Source of the DNA: a virus
Lineage: Duplodnaviria; Caudoviricetes
Length of the DNA stretch: 64,000 nt
IMG/VR virus record: IMGVR_UViG_3300028374_000002
Coordinates: 137,265 to 201,264 of that record
Direction: 5' to 3' (one strand)
A program made the translations under genes and the position numbers. The notes below the pieces were generated by a model. It was not told where the DNA came from and did not search any database. It saw only the letters and a program-made list of their open reading frames with translations. This document shows positions 62,947 to 64,000 of this stretch, piece by piece (position 1 is the first letter of the stretch; each line of letters starts with the position of its first letter).

Positions 62947-63999
62947 CTAGTTTTTTATTAGTTCCTTTAATTCGTCTATTTGCTGTTGTAAGCTATCTAT
63001 CTTATTATTTTGCTCTTTATTCTCATTTTCCTGCTCTGCAAGTTTTAGAGATAAGAAACTATTATAATTAACAGACATCATTCCACCGTCTTCTGGTTTC
63101 TTAACAACTCCTGGATTTGTTTTTTCTATTTCTTGAGCTATAGTACCATATACAGTAATTCCTGGTTGAGTTTTTAATTCATAAGAATATACTGATTTTG
63201 ATATCTTTTTAATATTGGTTTTAAGCCTTTCGTCAGAGCCTTCGAAAAAGTTATCTGCTGTAAAATCTCCACTCCAATCTAAATTTTTATCAGATGTTAA
63301 AGCAAGCCTACCATTATTATCTACTCCAGAGTTTGATGCTAAGTGAAAATCTATATATCTTCCAATCTCCATTAATCCATCGGCACCAACATCAGGTATA
63401 AATGGCCAAGGTATATTTGCATTAGCACCTGCTATACTTAAACCATTTAAAGATGAAGCATCTACATTTGTAATCCGTGATCCATTTCCAATAAAGTTTT
63501 GTGCTGTAACATCGCCGAATGCTCTAAAATTACCCGACCCTCTACTAAATATAAACCTATTTAAAAATGAAGAGCCCGCGTCACGATATATAATATCAGC
63601 TCCCATATCAGCTATTAAAGTTGTTCCTGTAGCTTGGTATTTTAAATGACCTACATTACCAAAAGGTGAAGTACCACCTATTTTAAATTGAGAATTATCG
63701 TTAATAGTTAGTGCACTTCCTGAAAAATTATCACTGGTATTGCTTCTTAAAAAATCATTACTATCTAAACTATCTAAAGTTGCAGCATCTACATTTGTAA
63801 TCTGTGATCCATTTCCAATAAAGTTTTGTGCTGTAACATCGCCATTATAATCCAAATTACCGTTTTCTCTTAAAGTTAGAGATTTGTTAGAAGCATCATT
63901 TCGTATGCTAAGATCCGAGAACATAGTTATAGGAAATCCAATATAACCTTTGCGTGTTGTTCCGTTAGATTGATAAAATGAATAAAAAGAAGAGCTATT
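62947..63999 (-). CDS. Tail fibre protein, C-terminal part with intramolecular chaperone (peptidase S74); partial, start lies beyond window
   Basis: SDERLKTNIKKI...GTIAQEIE...VNY...coiled coil; frame stays open upstream of 63924 to the window end; duplicated GDVTAQNFIGNGS.ITNVDA module. Confidence 0.82.
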   Translation of the reverse strand, partial: NSSSFYSFYQSNGTTRKGYIGFPITMFSDLSIRNDASNKSLTLRENGNLDYNGDVTAQNFIGNGSQITNVDAATLDSLDSNDFLRSNTSDNFSGSALTINDNSQFKIGGTSPFGNVGHLKYQATGTTLIADMGADIIYRDAGSSFLNRFIFSRGSGNFRAFGDVTAQNFIGNGSRITNVDASSLNGLSIAGANANIPWPFIPDVGADGLMEIGRYIDFHLASNSGVDNNGRLALTSDKNLDWSGDFTADNFFEGSDERLKTNIKKISKSVYSYELKTQPGITVYGTIAQEIEKTNPGVVKKPEDGGMMSVNYNSFLSLKLAEQENENKEQNNKIDSLQQQIDELKELIKN

Positions 64000-64000
64000 A

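Noticed and set aside
1-64000. Stop-codon reassignment as seen in some large phages
   Set aside because: Core genes are full length in code 11, TAG and TAA are used interchangeably as stops among array paralogues, and no suppressor tRNA is present.

Overview
This is a 64-kb, very AT-rich segment of a large T4-like (jumbo-type) myophage genome in the standard genetic code. The host is probably Bacteroidota: there are TAnnTTTG -7 promoters, no obvious Shine-Dalgarno sites and a ClpS of the Bacteroidota-like type. Core virion and DNA genes are scattered on both strands: major capsid, protease-scaffold fusion, portal, gp2, gp4, gp55, gp15, gp44, gp25, split intein-bearing TerL, TerS, sheath, gp26/gp51-like, tube, gp47 and a partial tail fibre. 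About 11 free-standing endonuclease-like genes lie among them. Accessory genes include RNase R, a Pnkp-like kinase-HAD, ClpS, a cysteine hydrolase and a Pol-beta nucleotidyltransferase. Four features stand out. (1) Two tRNA cassettes (Lys-Phe-His-Trp; Arg-Ser-Ser) each lie behind a short unannotated leader ORF rich in the codons those tRNAs read, plus an intrinsic terminator with a competing antiterminator. These look like ribosome-mediated attenuators that would switch on phage tRNAs when the matching host tRNAs fail. (2) A tandem, mosaic array of 12 paralogues built from 21-aa LRR-like repeats has hypervariable beta-strand positions. (3) An N-terminal leader resembling the T4 capsid-targeting sequence is shared by about 19 proteins. 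(4) An atypically split TerL intein has coiled-coil-like extensions and an endonuclease gene between its halves. All product calls come from motif recognition by eye; no database searches were run.
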